Shown: positions 40,615 to 53,900 of the stretch, one piece after another
How the letters are laid out: each line of letters starts with the position of its first letter
How positions within the stretch are numbered: the first letter of the stretch is position 1
Assembly: GCA_040954595.2 (NCBI GenBank)
Contig: CM082579.2
Coordinates: forward strand, 13,269,834-13,333,833
Length of the DNA stretch: 64,000 nt
Source of the DNA: Balanoglossus misakiensis
Lineage: Eukaryota; Animalia; Hemichordata
Direction of reading: 5' to 3'
The notes under the pieces: generated by a model
What the model was told of the DNA's origin: nothing
Seen by the model: only the letters and a program-made list of their open reading frames with translations
The model's database searches: none
Made by a program: the position numbers and the translations under genes

Positions 40615-43072
40615 TTACACTGCTAGCCATATTGGTTTGTGGTCACTGTAGTATGATTCAAGTACACCAACTTGTGTTGACTGAATATTCGTATAAATAT
40701 GATCAAGGCAAGATCCATAGTTTGTTGTTGGTTCTTGAATAAGTTGTTTGTACTTGAGTTGGTTTGTCATAAATTCCATTAATTGCTTTGCTGAATATGT
40801 TTGTTGTAACAAATCAACATTGAAATCACCAAGTAGCACTGTTGGTAGATTTTCATGCAGTTGTTCGCTAAGGTTTAGAAGAGCACTTTGTAAGGTGTCT
40901 ATTGATGTTGAAGGAGGAATGTAAATAGCAACTACTTGAAGTAAGCCAAGTGTTGTTTTGTATACTGCTGTGACAAATTCACAGTGAAAGTAATGGTGTG
41001 AATGTGGAAGAGACTCCAGGGTGTTAGCTTTGCTGTACAATACTAGCCCATTATATGGTCTTCTTTGTTGATTACTGTTGTCATCATGTCTGGAAATTTC
41101 AAAATCTGGAATTCTGTAATCATCATTCTGATCAGCACTTTGTAATCTTGATTCACTGCAAATAAGTACATCAGCTGATGTCAAATTGAAATCATTTACA
41201 ACATCTTGGAAATGGCAATGGAGAGATCTTACATTTTGATAAGCAATAATAAATTTGTTGGGTATATCATAGGGAAAAGTCAAACAAAGTTGTAACATGG
41301 AATGAGATCGCATGCGTTGCATTTCTTGTGTGACATCAGTGCTGACAGATATTTGATTTTCGTGTAATGTGGTTATGTGAAGACCAGCCAGTTTTGTGAC
41401 CCTGCTAAGCGCAACATAATGTATATGACACTGGTTTCTGTTTGAAGCAGTGCTAAAATCAACAACCACATCATTCAGAGTATCACCTTGGCAACGGTGG
41501 ACAGTTTTTCCACTGGCTGGTCTAATGGGAAATTGTTTTCTAACAACTTCAGCATTCCTGTGTCTTCCTACTCTGAACTGCCGTGATATCTGTGCAATGG
41601 GTGTCCATGATTTGGTTATTTTTCTGTGGTATAAATGACGTTTTTCTTGTCGTAGTGCCTTGCCAACAGCGCTATCATCAAATAAAATCCATAGAATTGT
41701 GACATCATCCAAGTCTGGTCCATCAATAAACTTGATTATTCCTGGAGTACCGTTTATTAATCCATCATCAACACACAGATTCATACACAGTTCAACTTGT
41801 TGATTTATTCCAACAGATAATTGAGATACTAATCCCATTGTCTTTTGAGGGCCTAACATTGTAACTATGGTTAATGTTTTTTTGTTTCACTGTTTCAGAG
41901 ACATCCCCAATTACAGTATCAGTAGCAAATACATTTGTTTTAGTTTCTGTGAGTCTATCATACACTGACATATTATGATCATCAACAAGTTTGTTCTCAC
42001 AATACAGATGAACTATTGAATCATCATAAGGTGGACTTACATTATTGCTTTGTACTATCCGAGTTTTGAGAATACTTATGTCATCTGATGTGTGTTTTCC
42101 TTCCCGTACACGATTCAGTAATTCTGCAAAATTCAAGTAATCTTTTTGGCGCATAATATCTGTTAGTTCAAACATTTGGAAAAGTTCTTTCCATATATTC
42201 AAAGCAAGTGGTCCATAATCATGCCTAAGGTCATGAAATATCCAGCCATCAAAGGCAGGCTTTAATTGATATAGGTCTCCAAATGCAACTATACTGACAC
42301 CACCAAAGAGTTGATCATTTGCCATGATTTGTTTCAGTCTAAGGTTGATGTAGTTGAACATACCATTGCCAACCATGGAGATTTCATCAATGAAAATGAC
42401 TTTCAGATTTCTATATTTTGCTTGCAAAGTATTTAGTCTTTCTGATGTTAATGGTCTATAGTGAAATCCTTGACTTGCAGGAATTTGTAGTGCTGAGTGA
42501 ATTGTACTTCCTTTAATATTGTATGCCGCCTTGCCTGTTGGTGCCATGAGTAAAATGAATACATTGTCAGGATTTTGACCGGGAAGACTTGAAAGATGTT
42601 TCAATAGTACTTGATAGAGTGATTTCAGAACAAGAGATTTACCACCACCTGCTCCGCCTGTTACAAATACATGCAAAGGATCTGTTTTTGTTTTAATCCA
42701 ATGAATTACATGATAGAATATTTCTTTTTGCTTCTTGTTAAGAGTCTGTAAAAGGGGGTAAAGTTCAGTGTCAGGCATTCGTGGGTGTAGAAGTTCATTA
42801 ATATTAGGATTGTTTACAGCAATACCAATGTCTTGACCTATGTCATAATGTGAATGACTGTCATCCTGTGGGTCAAATATGTTCATTGTGTTACTTTGTC
42901 TACATCCTTCTGCAGAGTCTTGTCTTTCCTGATGTTCTGTATTTGGAGCAATGTTGTCAAACATATCCACAGCTGTACTCTGTACTGCTTCAATTGCTTG
43001 ATCTAATGCCTCAGCATTTTTATTGTATTCTTTTTGTTTAGTATCTACTTGCTGTTTGACTTGTAAATATTG
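40615..43072 (-). pseudogene. Helentron-type Pif1-family (SF1B) helicase fused to an APE/EEP endonuclease; 5'-truncated (no Rep domain) and frameshifted at 41877-41883
   Basis: Helicase motifs: TGGAGGGKS, MAPTGKAA, TIHS, FIDEISMV, FGDLYQLKP, ELTDIMRQ, FAELLNRVREG, GLINGTPG, FPIRPASGKTVHRCQGDTL, YVALSRV. Endonuclease motifs: NVRSL, SESRL, YIPP, GDFN, LDHIY, SDH. Removing one A from the A7 run joins ORFs 41792-43168 and 40615-41859. Confidence 0.93.
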
Positions 43073-43389
43073 GAATAACACAACGACATAGAAATCCCAA
43101 TTTTCGAAAACGAAGATAAAATCGGATTTTTGTATGGAAATACTCATTATCAATGTCAGCCCAAACAAAAATTACGAAATTCCTTTGAAAAAAACCTATG
43201 GTTGTCAAAGCGAAATTTTGAAATTGATTTTTCAATGGAAAAGTGCCTAAATGTTACATTAAAGACCCTCATTATTATTTTTATTGAATAAAAAACTAAC
43301 TTTGAGCGATGCTAAATTTGATTTGACTTTTTTCAACAGAAAAACGAGCGCAGTTTAATTGTCAATGGGAAAGGAATCTTGTATAGCTT

Positions 43390-43647
43390 GAAATCTTGCC
43401 AATTGGCAGGAAAACCGCAACGACTTAGAAATCCCTGCCAATTGGCAGGATTTTCAGGCTGTACTAGACTCCTGCCAATCGGCAAGATTTCCAGGTTGTA
43501 CAAGACTCCTGCCAATTGGCAGGATTTTCAGGCTGTGCAAGACTCCTGCCAATCGGCAAGATTTCCAGGCTGTATAAGACTCCCTGCCAATCGGCAGGAT
43601 TTTCAGGCTGTACAAGACTACTGACAATCGGCAAGATTTCCAGGCTG
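43390..43647. repeat. 37-bp mini-array (~7 copies) with palindromic core CCTGCCAATTGGCAGG
   Basis: Cores lie at 43396, 43435, 43472, 43509, 43546, 43584 and 43621. GGCAGGATTTTCAGG and GGCAAGATTTCCAGG units alternate, giving a 74-bp dimer. Confidence 0.95.
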
Positions 43648-44923
43648 ACGTACCAGTTCCTGCTCATCGTCGCTATCAAATTGCACAAGTGAGCACGTAT
43701 TTTCGAGCGCACAATCGCTGAGCACGACATATTCATCACTTGAATCAAATTGCGTACTGGTTGATGAAAAAAAAATACTGCCATTAATCGACATGCTGAC
43801 GGGCGCAGAAGACGGCCTGATACACGGCCGAACAACCTGGCCGTAGCCCTGACCTCGAACGCCGCGGGCCAGCTTAGGTGTTAGTTAGTTTTGGCACAGT
43901 CACTTGGTAGATTCCATTCAATTGAAGGGTTTCCTGATTTAAAGCACCGGTCAAGTAGGCGAAGTAATTGGACTTTTACTAGCTAGAAATACTAAAAAGT
44001 AGTCATACTGAAAAATTATAACCCATGTAAGATTTCAGTAACATATATCCGTCAGTTCGTATTTTTTACTGAAAACATACTCAATCATTGAAGCGCCTTT
44101 CCCAAGGTTGGCCCAACCTAAACATAATGGTTTATCTATTCTCTAATACTAATTTGAATAGTAAAGGTTAAGGGTTATAAGATATATCCAGGCACAAAGG
44201 TGGCGACCCACGCGGCTAAGGTGTGAATCGCCAAACATATCTATGGAACAATAAAAATCTCCGGATTGTCGGAAATTTCTATTGTTTCTGTGGACAGCGA
44301 CGGTTTTCGCCAAGTTCTCAACGATGCGATTCAAACCCGGGTTTGAGCAGAGTGCCCAGCGCAAACTGTCGACGTCCAACGTTATAGCATTGCTATCTCG
44401 TGGAAGAAGACCGGTGCACTTTAAGTAAATAAACAAGAATCGAAGAAAACTTCCAGGCTGATCAACAAGCGCAAGGGTGAACCGTTCTGACCATTGAAAA
44501 CGTGTCAAGCTTACAAGGACACCCATAAGGTAAGAATGATTGTCGTCCACTAGGTCTCTCTGTTTCCGTGATGTATGGTGACTGTGTCGCCGTCCCGTGA
44601 AGTTTTGTAGCCAGCAACATTCCTCAACGATGGGCATGTGTGTCAGGAAAGACCACCCTTTCCGACCACACACCTGTGTTGTGATCGCGTTCTTTATTGT
44701 AAGTTATGTAACATGTATTTGATGTTTGTTCAACAACCTTCAAAGTCGCGCTTTTATTATATTTTACATATGGAATGCTTTTTTCTTTTCAGGGAACAAC
44801 GACATCAATGGAGATGTTCTACGATTGGCCAAGCCACTCTTATAACCATTTTGGACCCAGAAAAGTTTTCATTGTAAATTTCCAGGAGTTTTTATATTTT
44901 AAGCGAGTGGATGTGTAATGTGT

Positions 44924-47900
44924 GTCTCTGCCAATTGGCAGAGTCAGCCATCTTGTCTCTGGCCTCTGCCAATTGGCAGAGTCAGCCCCTCGTCTCTGGC
45001 CTCTGCCAATTGGCAGAGTCAGCCATCTTGTCTCTAGCCTCTGCCAATTGGCAGAGTCAGCCATCTCATCTCTGCCAATTGGCAGAGTCAGCCATCTCGT
45101 CTCTGGCCTCTGCCGATTGGTAGAGTCAGCCATCTTGTCTCTGGCCTCTGCCAATTGGCAGAGTCAGCCATCTTGTCTCTAGCCTCTGCCAATTGGCAGA
45201 GTCAGCCATCTTGTCTCTAGCCTCTGCCAATTGGCAGAGTCAGCCATCTCATCTCTGCCAATTGGCAGAGTCAGCCATCTCGTCTCTGGCCTCTGCCGAT
45301 TGGCAGAGTCAGCCATCTCGTCTCTGGCCTCTGCCAATTGGCAGAGTCAGCCATCTCGTCTCTAGCCTCTGCCAATTGGCAGAGTCAGCCATCTCGTCTC
45401 TGGCCTCTGCCGATTGGCAGAGTCAGCCATCTCGTCTCTGGCCTCTGCCGATTGGCAGAGTCAGCCATCTCGTCTCTGGCCTCTGCCAATTGGCAGAGTC
45501 AGCCTCCCGTCTCTAGCCTCTGCCAATTGGCAGAGTCGGCCATCTCGTCTCTGGCCTCTGCCAATTGGCAGAGTCAGCCATCTCGTCTCTGGCCTCTGCC
45601 GATTGGTAGAGTCAGCCATCTTGTCTCTGGCCTCTGCCAATTGGCAGAGTCAGCCATCTTGTCTCTAGCCTCTGCCAATTGGCAGAGTCAGCCATCTTGT
45701 CTCTAGCCTCTGCCAATTGGCAGAGTCAGCCATCTCATCTCTGCCAATTGGCAGAGTCAGCCATCTCGTCTCTGGCCTCTGCCGATTGGCAGAGTCAGCC
45801 ATCTCGTCTCTGGCCTCTGCCAATTGGCAGAGTCAGCCATCTCGTCTCTAGCCTCTGCCGATTGGCAGAGTCAGCCATCTCGTCTCTGGCCTCTGCCGAT
45901 TGGCAGAGTCGGCCATCTCGTCTCTGGCCTCTGCCGATTGGCGGAGTCGGCCATCTCGTCTCTGGCCTCTGCCGATTGGCAGAGTCGGCCATCTCGTCTC
46001 TGGCCTCTGCCGATTGGCAGAGTCGGCCATCTCGTCTCTGGCCTCTGCCGATTGGCAGAGTCGGCCATCTCGTCTCTGGCCTCTGCCGATTGGCAGAGTC
46101 GGCCATCTCGTCTCTGGCCTCTGCCGATTGGCAGAGTCGGCCATCTCGTCTCTGGCCTCTGCCGATTGGCAGAGTCGGCCATCTCGTCTCTGGCCTCTGC
46201 CGATTGGCAGAGTCGGCCATCTCGTCTCTGGCCTCTGCCGATTGGCAGAGTCGGCCATCTCGTCTCTGGCCTCTGCCGATTGGCAGAGTCGGCCATCTCG
46301 TCTCTGGCCTCTGCCGATTGGCAGAGTCGGCCATCTCGTCTCTGGCCTCTGCCGATTGGCAGAGTCGGCCATCTCGTCTCTAGCCTCTGCCAATTGGCAG
46401 AGTCAGCCATCTCGTCTCTAGCCTCTGCCAATTGGCAGAGTCAGCCATCTTGTCTCTAGCCTCTGCCAATTGGCAGAGTCAGCCATCTCAAGTCTGCCAA
46501 TTGGCAGAGTCAGCTATCTCGTCTCTGGCCTCTGCCGATTGGCAGAGTCAGCCATCTTGTCTCTGGCCTCTGCCAATTGGCAGAGTCAGCCATCTTGTCT
46601 CTAGCCTCTGCCAATTGGCAGAGTCAGCCATCACCATCTTGTCTCTAGCCTCTGCCAATTGGCAGAGTCAGCCATCTCGTCTCTGGCCTCTGCCAATTGG
46701 CAGAGTCAGCCATCTTGTCTCTAGCCTCTGCCAATTGGCAGAGTCAGCCATCTCGTCTCTGGCCTCTGCTGATTGGCGGAGTCGGCCATCTCGTCTCTGG
46801 CCTCTGCCGATTGGCAGAGTCGGCCATCTCGTCTCTAGCCTCTGCCAATTGGCAGAGTCAGCCATCTCGTCTCTGGCCTCTGCCGATTGGCAGAGTCGGC
46901 CATCTCGTCTCTGGCCTCTGCCGATTGGCAGAGTCGGCCATCTCGTCTCTGGCCTCTGCCGATTGGCAGAGTCGGCCATCTCGTCTCTGGCCTCTGCCGA
47001 TTGGCAGAGTCGGCCATCTCGTCTCTGGCCTCTGCCGATTGGCAGAGTCGGCCATCTCGTCTCTGGCCTCTGCCGATTGGCAGAGTTGGCCATCTCGTCT
47101 CTAGCCTCTGCCAATTGGCAGAGTCAGCCATCTTGTCTCTAGCCTCTGCCAATTGGCAGAGTCAGCCATCTCAAGTCTGCCAATTGGCAGAGTCAGCTAT
47201 CTCGTCTCTGGCCTCTGCCGATTGGCAGAGTCAGCCATCTTGTCTCTGGCCTCTGCCAATTGGCAGAGTCAGCCATCTTGTCTCTAGCCTCTGCCAATTG
47301 GCAGAGTCAGCCATCACCATCTTGTCTCTAGCCTCTGCCAATTGGCAGAGTCAGCCATCTCGTCTCTGGCCTCTGCCAATTGGCAGAGTCAGCCATCTTG
47401 TCTCTAGCCTCTGCCAATTGGCAGAGTCAGCCATCTCATCTCTGCCAATTGGCAGAGTCAGCCATCTCATCTCTGCCAATTGGCAGAGTAAGCCATCTCG
47501 TCTCTGGCCTCTGCCGATTGGCAGAGTCAGCCATCTTGTCTCTGGCCTCTACCAATTGGCAGAGTCAGCCATCTTGTCTCTAGCCTCTGCCAATTGGCAG
47601 AGTCAGCCATCTTGTCTCTAGCCTCTGCCAATTGGCAGAGTCAGCCATCTCAAGTCTGCCAATTGCCAGAGTCAGCTATCTCGTCTCTGGCCTCTGCCGA
47701 TTGGCAGAGTCAGCCATCTCGTCTCTGGTCTCTGCCGATTGGCAGAGTCAGCCATCTCTTCTCTGCCGATTGGCAGAGTCAGCCATCTTGTCTCTGGCCT
47801 CTGCCAATTGGCAGAGTCAGCCATCTCGTCTCTGGCCTCTGCCGATTGGCAGAGTCAGCCATCTCGTCTCTGGCCTCTGCCGATTGGCAGAGTCAGCCAT

Positions 47901-50900
47901 CTCGTCTTTGGCCTCTGCCGATTGGCAGAGTCAGCCATCTCGTCTCTGGTCTCTGCCGATTGGCAGAGTCAGGCATCTCGTCTCTGGCCTCTGCCGATTG
48001 GCAGAGTCAGCCATCTCGTCTCTGGCCTCTGCCGATTGGCAGAGTCAGCCATCTCGTCTCTGGCCTCTGCCGATTGGCAGAGTCAGCCATCTCGTCTCTG
48101 GCCTCTGCCAATTGGCAGAGTCAGCCATCTTGTCTCTGGCCTCTGCCAATTGGCAGAGTCAGCCATCTCATCTCTGCCAATTGGCAGAGTCAGCCATCTC
48201 GTCTCTGGCCCCTGCCAATTGGCAGAGTCAGCCATCGCCATCTTGTCTCTAGCCTCTGCCAATTGGCAGAGTCAGCCATCTTGTCTCTGGCCTCTGCCAA
48301 TTGGCAGAGTCAGCCATCGCCATCTTGTCTCTAGCCTCTGCCAATTGGCAGAGTCAGCCATCTTGTCTCTGGCCTCTACCAATTGGCAGAGTCAGCCATC
48401 TTGTCTCTAGCCTCTGCCAATTGGCAGAGTCAGCCATCTTGTCTCTAGCCTCTGCCGATTGGCAGAGTCAGCCATCTCGTCTCTGGCCTCTGCCGATTGG
48501 CAGAGTCAGCCATCTCGTCTCTGGCCTCTGCCGATTGGCAGAGTCGGCCATCTCGTCTCTGGCCTCTGCCGATTGGCAGAGTCGGCCATCTCGTCTCTGG
48601 CCTCTGCCGATTGGCAGAGTCGGCCATCTCGTCTCTGGCCTCTGCCGATTGGCAGAGTCGGCCATCTCGTCTCTGGCCTCTGCCGATTGGCAGAGTCGGC
48701 CATCTCGTCTCTGGCCTCTGCCGATTGGCAGAGTCAGCCATCTCGTCTCTGGCCTCTGCCGATAGGCAGAGTCAGCCATCTCGTCTCTGGCCTCTGCCAA
48801 TTGGCAGAGTCAGCCATCTCGTCTCTGGCCTCTGCCAATTGGCAGAGTCAGCCATCTCGTCTCTGGCCTCTGCCAATTGGCAGAGTCAGCCATCTCGTCT
48901 CTGGCCTCTGCCAATTGGCAGAGTCAGCCATCTCGTCTCTGGCCTCTGCCAATTGGCAGAGTCAGCCATCTCGTCTCTGGCCTCTGCCAATTGGCAGAGT
49001 CAGCCATCTTGTCTCTAGCCTCTGCCAATTGGCAGAGTCAGCCATCTCATCTCTGCCAATTGGCAGAGTCAGCCATCTTGTCTCTGGCCTCTGCCAATTG
49101 GCAGAGTCAGCCATCTTGTCTCTAGCCTCTGCCAATTGGCAGAGTCAGCCATCTTGTCTCTAGCCTCTGCCAATTGGCAGAGTCAGCCATCTCATCTCTG
49201 CCAATTGGCAGAGTCAGCCATCTCGTCTCTGGCCTCTGCCGATTGGCAGAGTCAGCCATCTCGTCTCTGGCCTTTGCCAATTGGCAGAGTCAGCCATCTC
49301 GTCTCTGGCCTCTGCTGATTGGCGGAGTCAGCCATCTCGTCTCTGGCCTCTGCTGATTGGCGGAGTCAGCCATCTTGTCTCTGGCCTCTGCCAATTGGCA
49401 GAGTCGGCCATCTCGTCTCTGGCCTCTGCCTATTGGCAGAGTCGGCCATCTCGTCTCTGGCCTCTGCCGATTGGCAGAGTCGGCCATCTCGTCTCTGGCC
49501 TCTGCCGATTGGCAGAGTCGGCCATCTCGTCTCTGGCCTCTGCCGATTGGCAGAGTCGGCTATCTCGTCTCTGGCCTCTGCCCATTGGCAGAGTCGGCCA
49601 TCTCGTCTCTGGCCTCTGCCGATTGGCAGAGTCGGCCATCTCGTCTCTGGCCTCTGCCGATTGGCAGAGTCGGCCATCTCGTCTCTAGCCTCTGCCAATT
49701 GGCAGAGTCAGCCATCTCGTCTCTAGCCTCTGCCAATTGGCAGAGTCAGCCATCTCGTCTCTAGCCTCTGCCAATTGGCAGAGTCAGCCATCTCATCTCT
49801 GCCAATTGGCAGAGTCAGCCATCTCGTCTCTGGCCTCTGCCGATTGGCAGAGTCAGCCATCTCGTCTCTGGCCTTTGCCAATTGGCAGAGTCAGCCATCT
49901 CGTCTCTGGCCTCTGCTGATTGGCGGAGTCAGCCATCTCGTCTCTGGCCTCTGCTGATTGGCGGAGTCAGCCATCTTGTCTCTGGCCTCTGCCAATTGGC
50001 AGAGTCGGCCATCTCGTCTCTGGCCTCTGCCTATTGGCAGAGTCGGCCATCTCGTCTCTGGCCTCTGCCGATTGGCAGAGTCGGCCATCTCGTCTCTGGC
50101 CTCTGCCGATTGGCAGAGTCGGCCATCTCGTCTCTGGCCTCTGCCGATTGGCAGAGTCGGCTATCTCGTCTCTGGCCTCTGCCCATTGGCAGAGTCGGCC
50201 ATCCCGTCTCTGGCCTCTGCCGATTGGCAGAGTCGGCCATCTCGTCTCTGGCCTCTGCCGATTGGCAGAGTCGGCCATCTCGTCTCTAGCCTCTGCCAAT
50301 TGGCAGAGTCAGCCATCTCGTCTCTAGCCTCTGCCAATTGGCAGAGTCAGCCATCTCGTCTCTAGCCTCTGCCAATTGGCAGAGTCAGCCATCTCAAGTC
50401 TGCCAATTGCCAGAGTCAGCTATCTCGTCTCTGGCCTCTGCCGATTGGCAGAGTCAGCCATCTTGTCTCTGGCCTCTGCCAATTGGCAGAGTCAGCCATC
50501 TTGTCTCTAGCCTCTGCCAATTGGCAGAGTCAGCCATCACCATCTTGTCTCTAGCCTCTGCCAATTGGCAGAGTCAGCCATCTCATCTCTGCCAATTGGC
50601 AGAGTAAGCCATCTCGTCTCTGGCCTCTGCCGATTGGCAGAGTCAGCCATCTTGTCTCTGGCCTCTACCAATTGGCAGAGTCAGCCATCTTGTCTCTAGC
50701 CTCTGCCAATTGGCAGAGTCAGCCATCTTGTCTCTAGCCTCTGCCAATTGGCAGAGTCAGCCATCTCATCTCTGCCGATTGGCAGAGTCAGCCATCTTGT
50801 CTCTGGCCTCTGCCAATTGGCAGAGTCAGCTATCTCGTCTCTGGCCTCTGCCGATTGGCAGAGTCAGCCATCTCGTCTCTGGCCTCTGCCGATTGGCAGA

Positions 50901-53900
50901 GTCAGCCATCTCGTCTCTGGCCTCTGCCGATTGGCAGAGTCAGCCATCTTGTCTCTGGCCTCTACCAATTGGCAGAGTCAGCCATCTTGTCTCTAGCCTC
51001 TGCCAATTGGCAGAGTCAGCCATCTTGTCTCTAGCCTCTGCCAATTGGCAGAGTCAGCCATCTCATCTCTGCCGATTGGCAGAGTCAGCCATCTCATCTC
51101 TGCCAATTGGCAGAGTCAGCCATCTCGTCTCTGGCCTCTGCCGATTGGCAGAGTCAGCCATCTTGTCTCTGGCCTCTACCAATTGGCAGAGTCAGCCATC
51201 TTGTCTCTAGCCTCTGCCAATTGGCAGAGTCAGCCATCTTGTCTCTAGCCTCTGCCAATTGGCAGAGTCAGCCATCTCTTCTCTGCCGATTGGCAGAGTC
51301 AGCCATCTTGTCTCTGGCCTCTGCCGATTGGCAGAGTCAGCCATCTCGTCTCTGGCCTCTGCCGATTGGCAGAGTCAGCCATCTCGTCTCTGGCCTCTGC
51401 CGATTGGCAGAGTCAGCCATCTCGTCTCTGGCCTCTGCCAATTGCCAGAGTCAGCTATCTCGTCTCTGGCCTCTGCCGATTGGCAGAGTCAGCCATCTTG
51501 TCTCTGGCCTCTGCCAATTGGCAGAGTCAGCCATCTTGTCTCTAGCCTCTGCCAATTGGCAGAGTCAGCCATCACCATCTTGTCTCTAGCCTCTGCCAAT
51601 TGGCAGAGTCAGCCATCTCATCTCTGCCAATTGGCAGAGTAAGCCATCTCGTCTCTGGCCTCTGCCGATTGGCAGAGTCAGCCATCTTGTCTCTGGCCTC
51701 TACCAATTGGCAGAGTCAGCCATCTTGTCTCTAGCCTCTGCCAATTGGCAGAGTCAGCCATCTTGTCTCTAGCCTCTGCCAATTGGCAGAGTCAGCCATC
51801 TCATCTCTGCCGATTGGCAGAGTCAGCCATCTTGTCTCTGGCCTCTGCCAATTGGCAGAGTCAGCCATCTCGTCTCTGGCCTCTGCCGATTGGCAGAGTC
51901 AGCCATCTCGTCTCTGGCCTCTGCCGATTGGCAGAGTCAGCCATCTCGTCTCTGGCCTCTGCCGATTGGCAGAGTCAGCCATCTTGTCTCTGGCCTCTAC
52001 CAATTGGCAGAGTCAGCCATCTTGTCTCTAGCCTCTGCCAATTGGCAGAGTCAGCCATCTTGTCTCTAGCCTCTGCCAATTGGCAGAGTCAGCCATCTCA
52101 TCTCTGCCGATTGGCAGAGTCAGCCATCTCATCTCTGCCAATTGGCAGAGTCAGCCATCTCGTCTCTGGCCTCTGCCGATTGGCAGAGTCAGCCATCTTG
52201 TCTCTGGCCTCTACCAATTGGCAGAGTCAGCCATCTTGTCTCTAGCCTCTGCCAATTGGCAGAGTCAGCCATCTTGTCTCTAGCCTCTGCCAATTGGCAG
52301 AGTCAGCCATCTCTTCTCTGCCGATTGGCAGAGTCAGCCATCTTGTCTCTGGCCTCTGCCGATTGGCAGAGTCAGCCATCTCGTCTCTGGCCTCTGCCGA
52401 TTGGCAGAGTCAGCCATCTCGTCTCTGGCCTCTGCCGATTGGCAGAGTCAGCCATCTCGTCTCTGGTCTCTGCCGATTGGCAGAGTCAGCCATCTCGTCT
52501 CTGGCCTCTGCCGATTGGCAGAGTCAGCCATCTCGTCTCTGGCCTCTGCCGATTGGCAGAGTCAGCCATCTCGTCTCTGGCCTCTGCCGATTGGCAGAGT
52601 CAGCCATCTTGTCTCTGGCCTCTGCCAATTGGCAGAGTCAGCCATCTTGTCTCTGGCCTCTGCCAATTGGCAGAGTCAGCCATCTCATCTCTGCCAATTG
52701 GCAGAGTCAGCCATCTCGTCTCTGGCCCCTGCCAATTGGCAGAGTCAGCCATCGCCATCTTGTCTCTAGCCTCTGCCAATTGGCAGAGTCAGCCATCTTG
52801 TCTCTGGCCTCTGCCAATTGGCAGAGTCAGCCATCGCCATCTTGTCTCTAGCCTCTGCCAATTGGCAGAGTCAGCCATCTTGTCTCTGGCCTCTGCCAAT
52901 TGGCAGAGTCAGCCATCTTGTCTCTGGCCTCTGCCAATTGGCAGAGTCAGCCATCTTGTCTCTAGCCTCTGCCAATTGGCAGAGTCAGCCATCTCATCTC
53001 TGCCGATTGGCAGAGTCAGCCATCTTGTCTCTGGCCTCTGCCAATTGGCAGAGTCAGCCATCTTGTCTCTAGCCTCTGCCAATTGGCAGAGTCAGCCATC
53101 TCGTCTCTGGCCTCTGCCGATTGGCAGAGTCAGCCATCTCGTCTCTGGCCTCTGCCGATTGGCAGAGTCAGCCATCTTGTCTCTGGCCTCTGCCAATTGG
53201 CAGAGTCAGCCATCTTGTCTCTGGCCTCTGCCAATTGGCAGAGTCAGCCATCTCATCTCTGCCAATTGGCAGAGTCAGCCATCTCGTCTCTGGCCCCTGC
53301 CAATTGGCAGAGTCAGCCATCGCCATCTTGTCTCTAGCCTCTGCCAATTGGCAGAGTCAGCCATCTTGTCTCTAGCCTCTGCCAATTGGCAGAGTCAGCC
53401 ATCTTGTCTCTGGCCTCTGCCGATTGGCAGAGTCAGCCATCTCGTCTCTGGCCTCTGCCGATTGGCAGAGTCAGCCATCTCGTCTCTGGCCTCTGCCGAT
53501 TGGCAGAGTCAGCCATCTCGTCTCTGGCCTCTGCCGATTGGCAGAGTCAGCCATCTCGTCTCAGGCCTCTGCCGATTGGCAGAGTCAGCCATCTCGTCTC
53601 AGGCCTCTGCCGATTGGCAGAGTCGGCCATCTCGTCTCTGGCCTCTGCCGATTGGCAGAGTCGGCCATCTCGTCTCTGGCCTCTGCCGATTGGCAGAGTC
53701 GGCCATCTCGTCTCTGGCCTCTGCCGATTGGCAGAGTCGGCCATCTCGTCTCTGGCCTCTGCCGATTGGCAGAGTCGGCCATCTCGTCTCTGGCCTCTGC
53801 CGATTGGCAGAGTCAGCCATCTCGTCTCTGGCCTCTGCCGATAGGCAGAGTCAGCCATCTCGTCTCTGGCCTCTGCCAATTGGCAGAGTCAGCCATCTCG

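Larger units (their letters stand above)
32900..43072 (-). mobile_element. Probable remnant of an autonomous Helentron (rolling-circle transposon); boundaries uncertain
   Basis: A helicase-endonuclease fusion is diagnostic of Helentrons. Inclusion of the co-oriented OB-fold gene is inference, and termini were not identified. Confidence 0.5.

Noticed and set aside
40615-41250. APE endonuclease as a LINE retrotransposon ORF2
   Set aside because: It is C-terminal to and in frame with a Pif1 helicase, and it ends in a stop with no reverse transcriptase. That is Helentron architecture.
41876-41883. A AAA AAC slippery heptamer as a programmed -1 frameshift in the helicase
   Set aside because: A -1 slip reads AAA CAT TAA (stop); the downstream ORF needs +1. 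A homopolymer insertion or sequencing error is the simpler explanation.
43073-43168. N-terminal part of ORF 41792-43168 (MFGLTLIMS…) as the true start
   Set aside because: It has a non-ATG start and does not resemble Rep/helicase sequence. It is probably chance read-through past the truncation point.
44149-44673. 174-aa minus-strand ORF in the spacer
   Set aside because: It has a non-ATG start and no recognisable domain, so it cannot be supported without a homology search.
44930-44960. Canonical NFI site in the 38-bp monomer
   Set aside because: The half-sites are back-to-back or separated by 7 nt, not the canonical TTGGC-N5-GCCAA.
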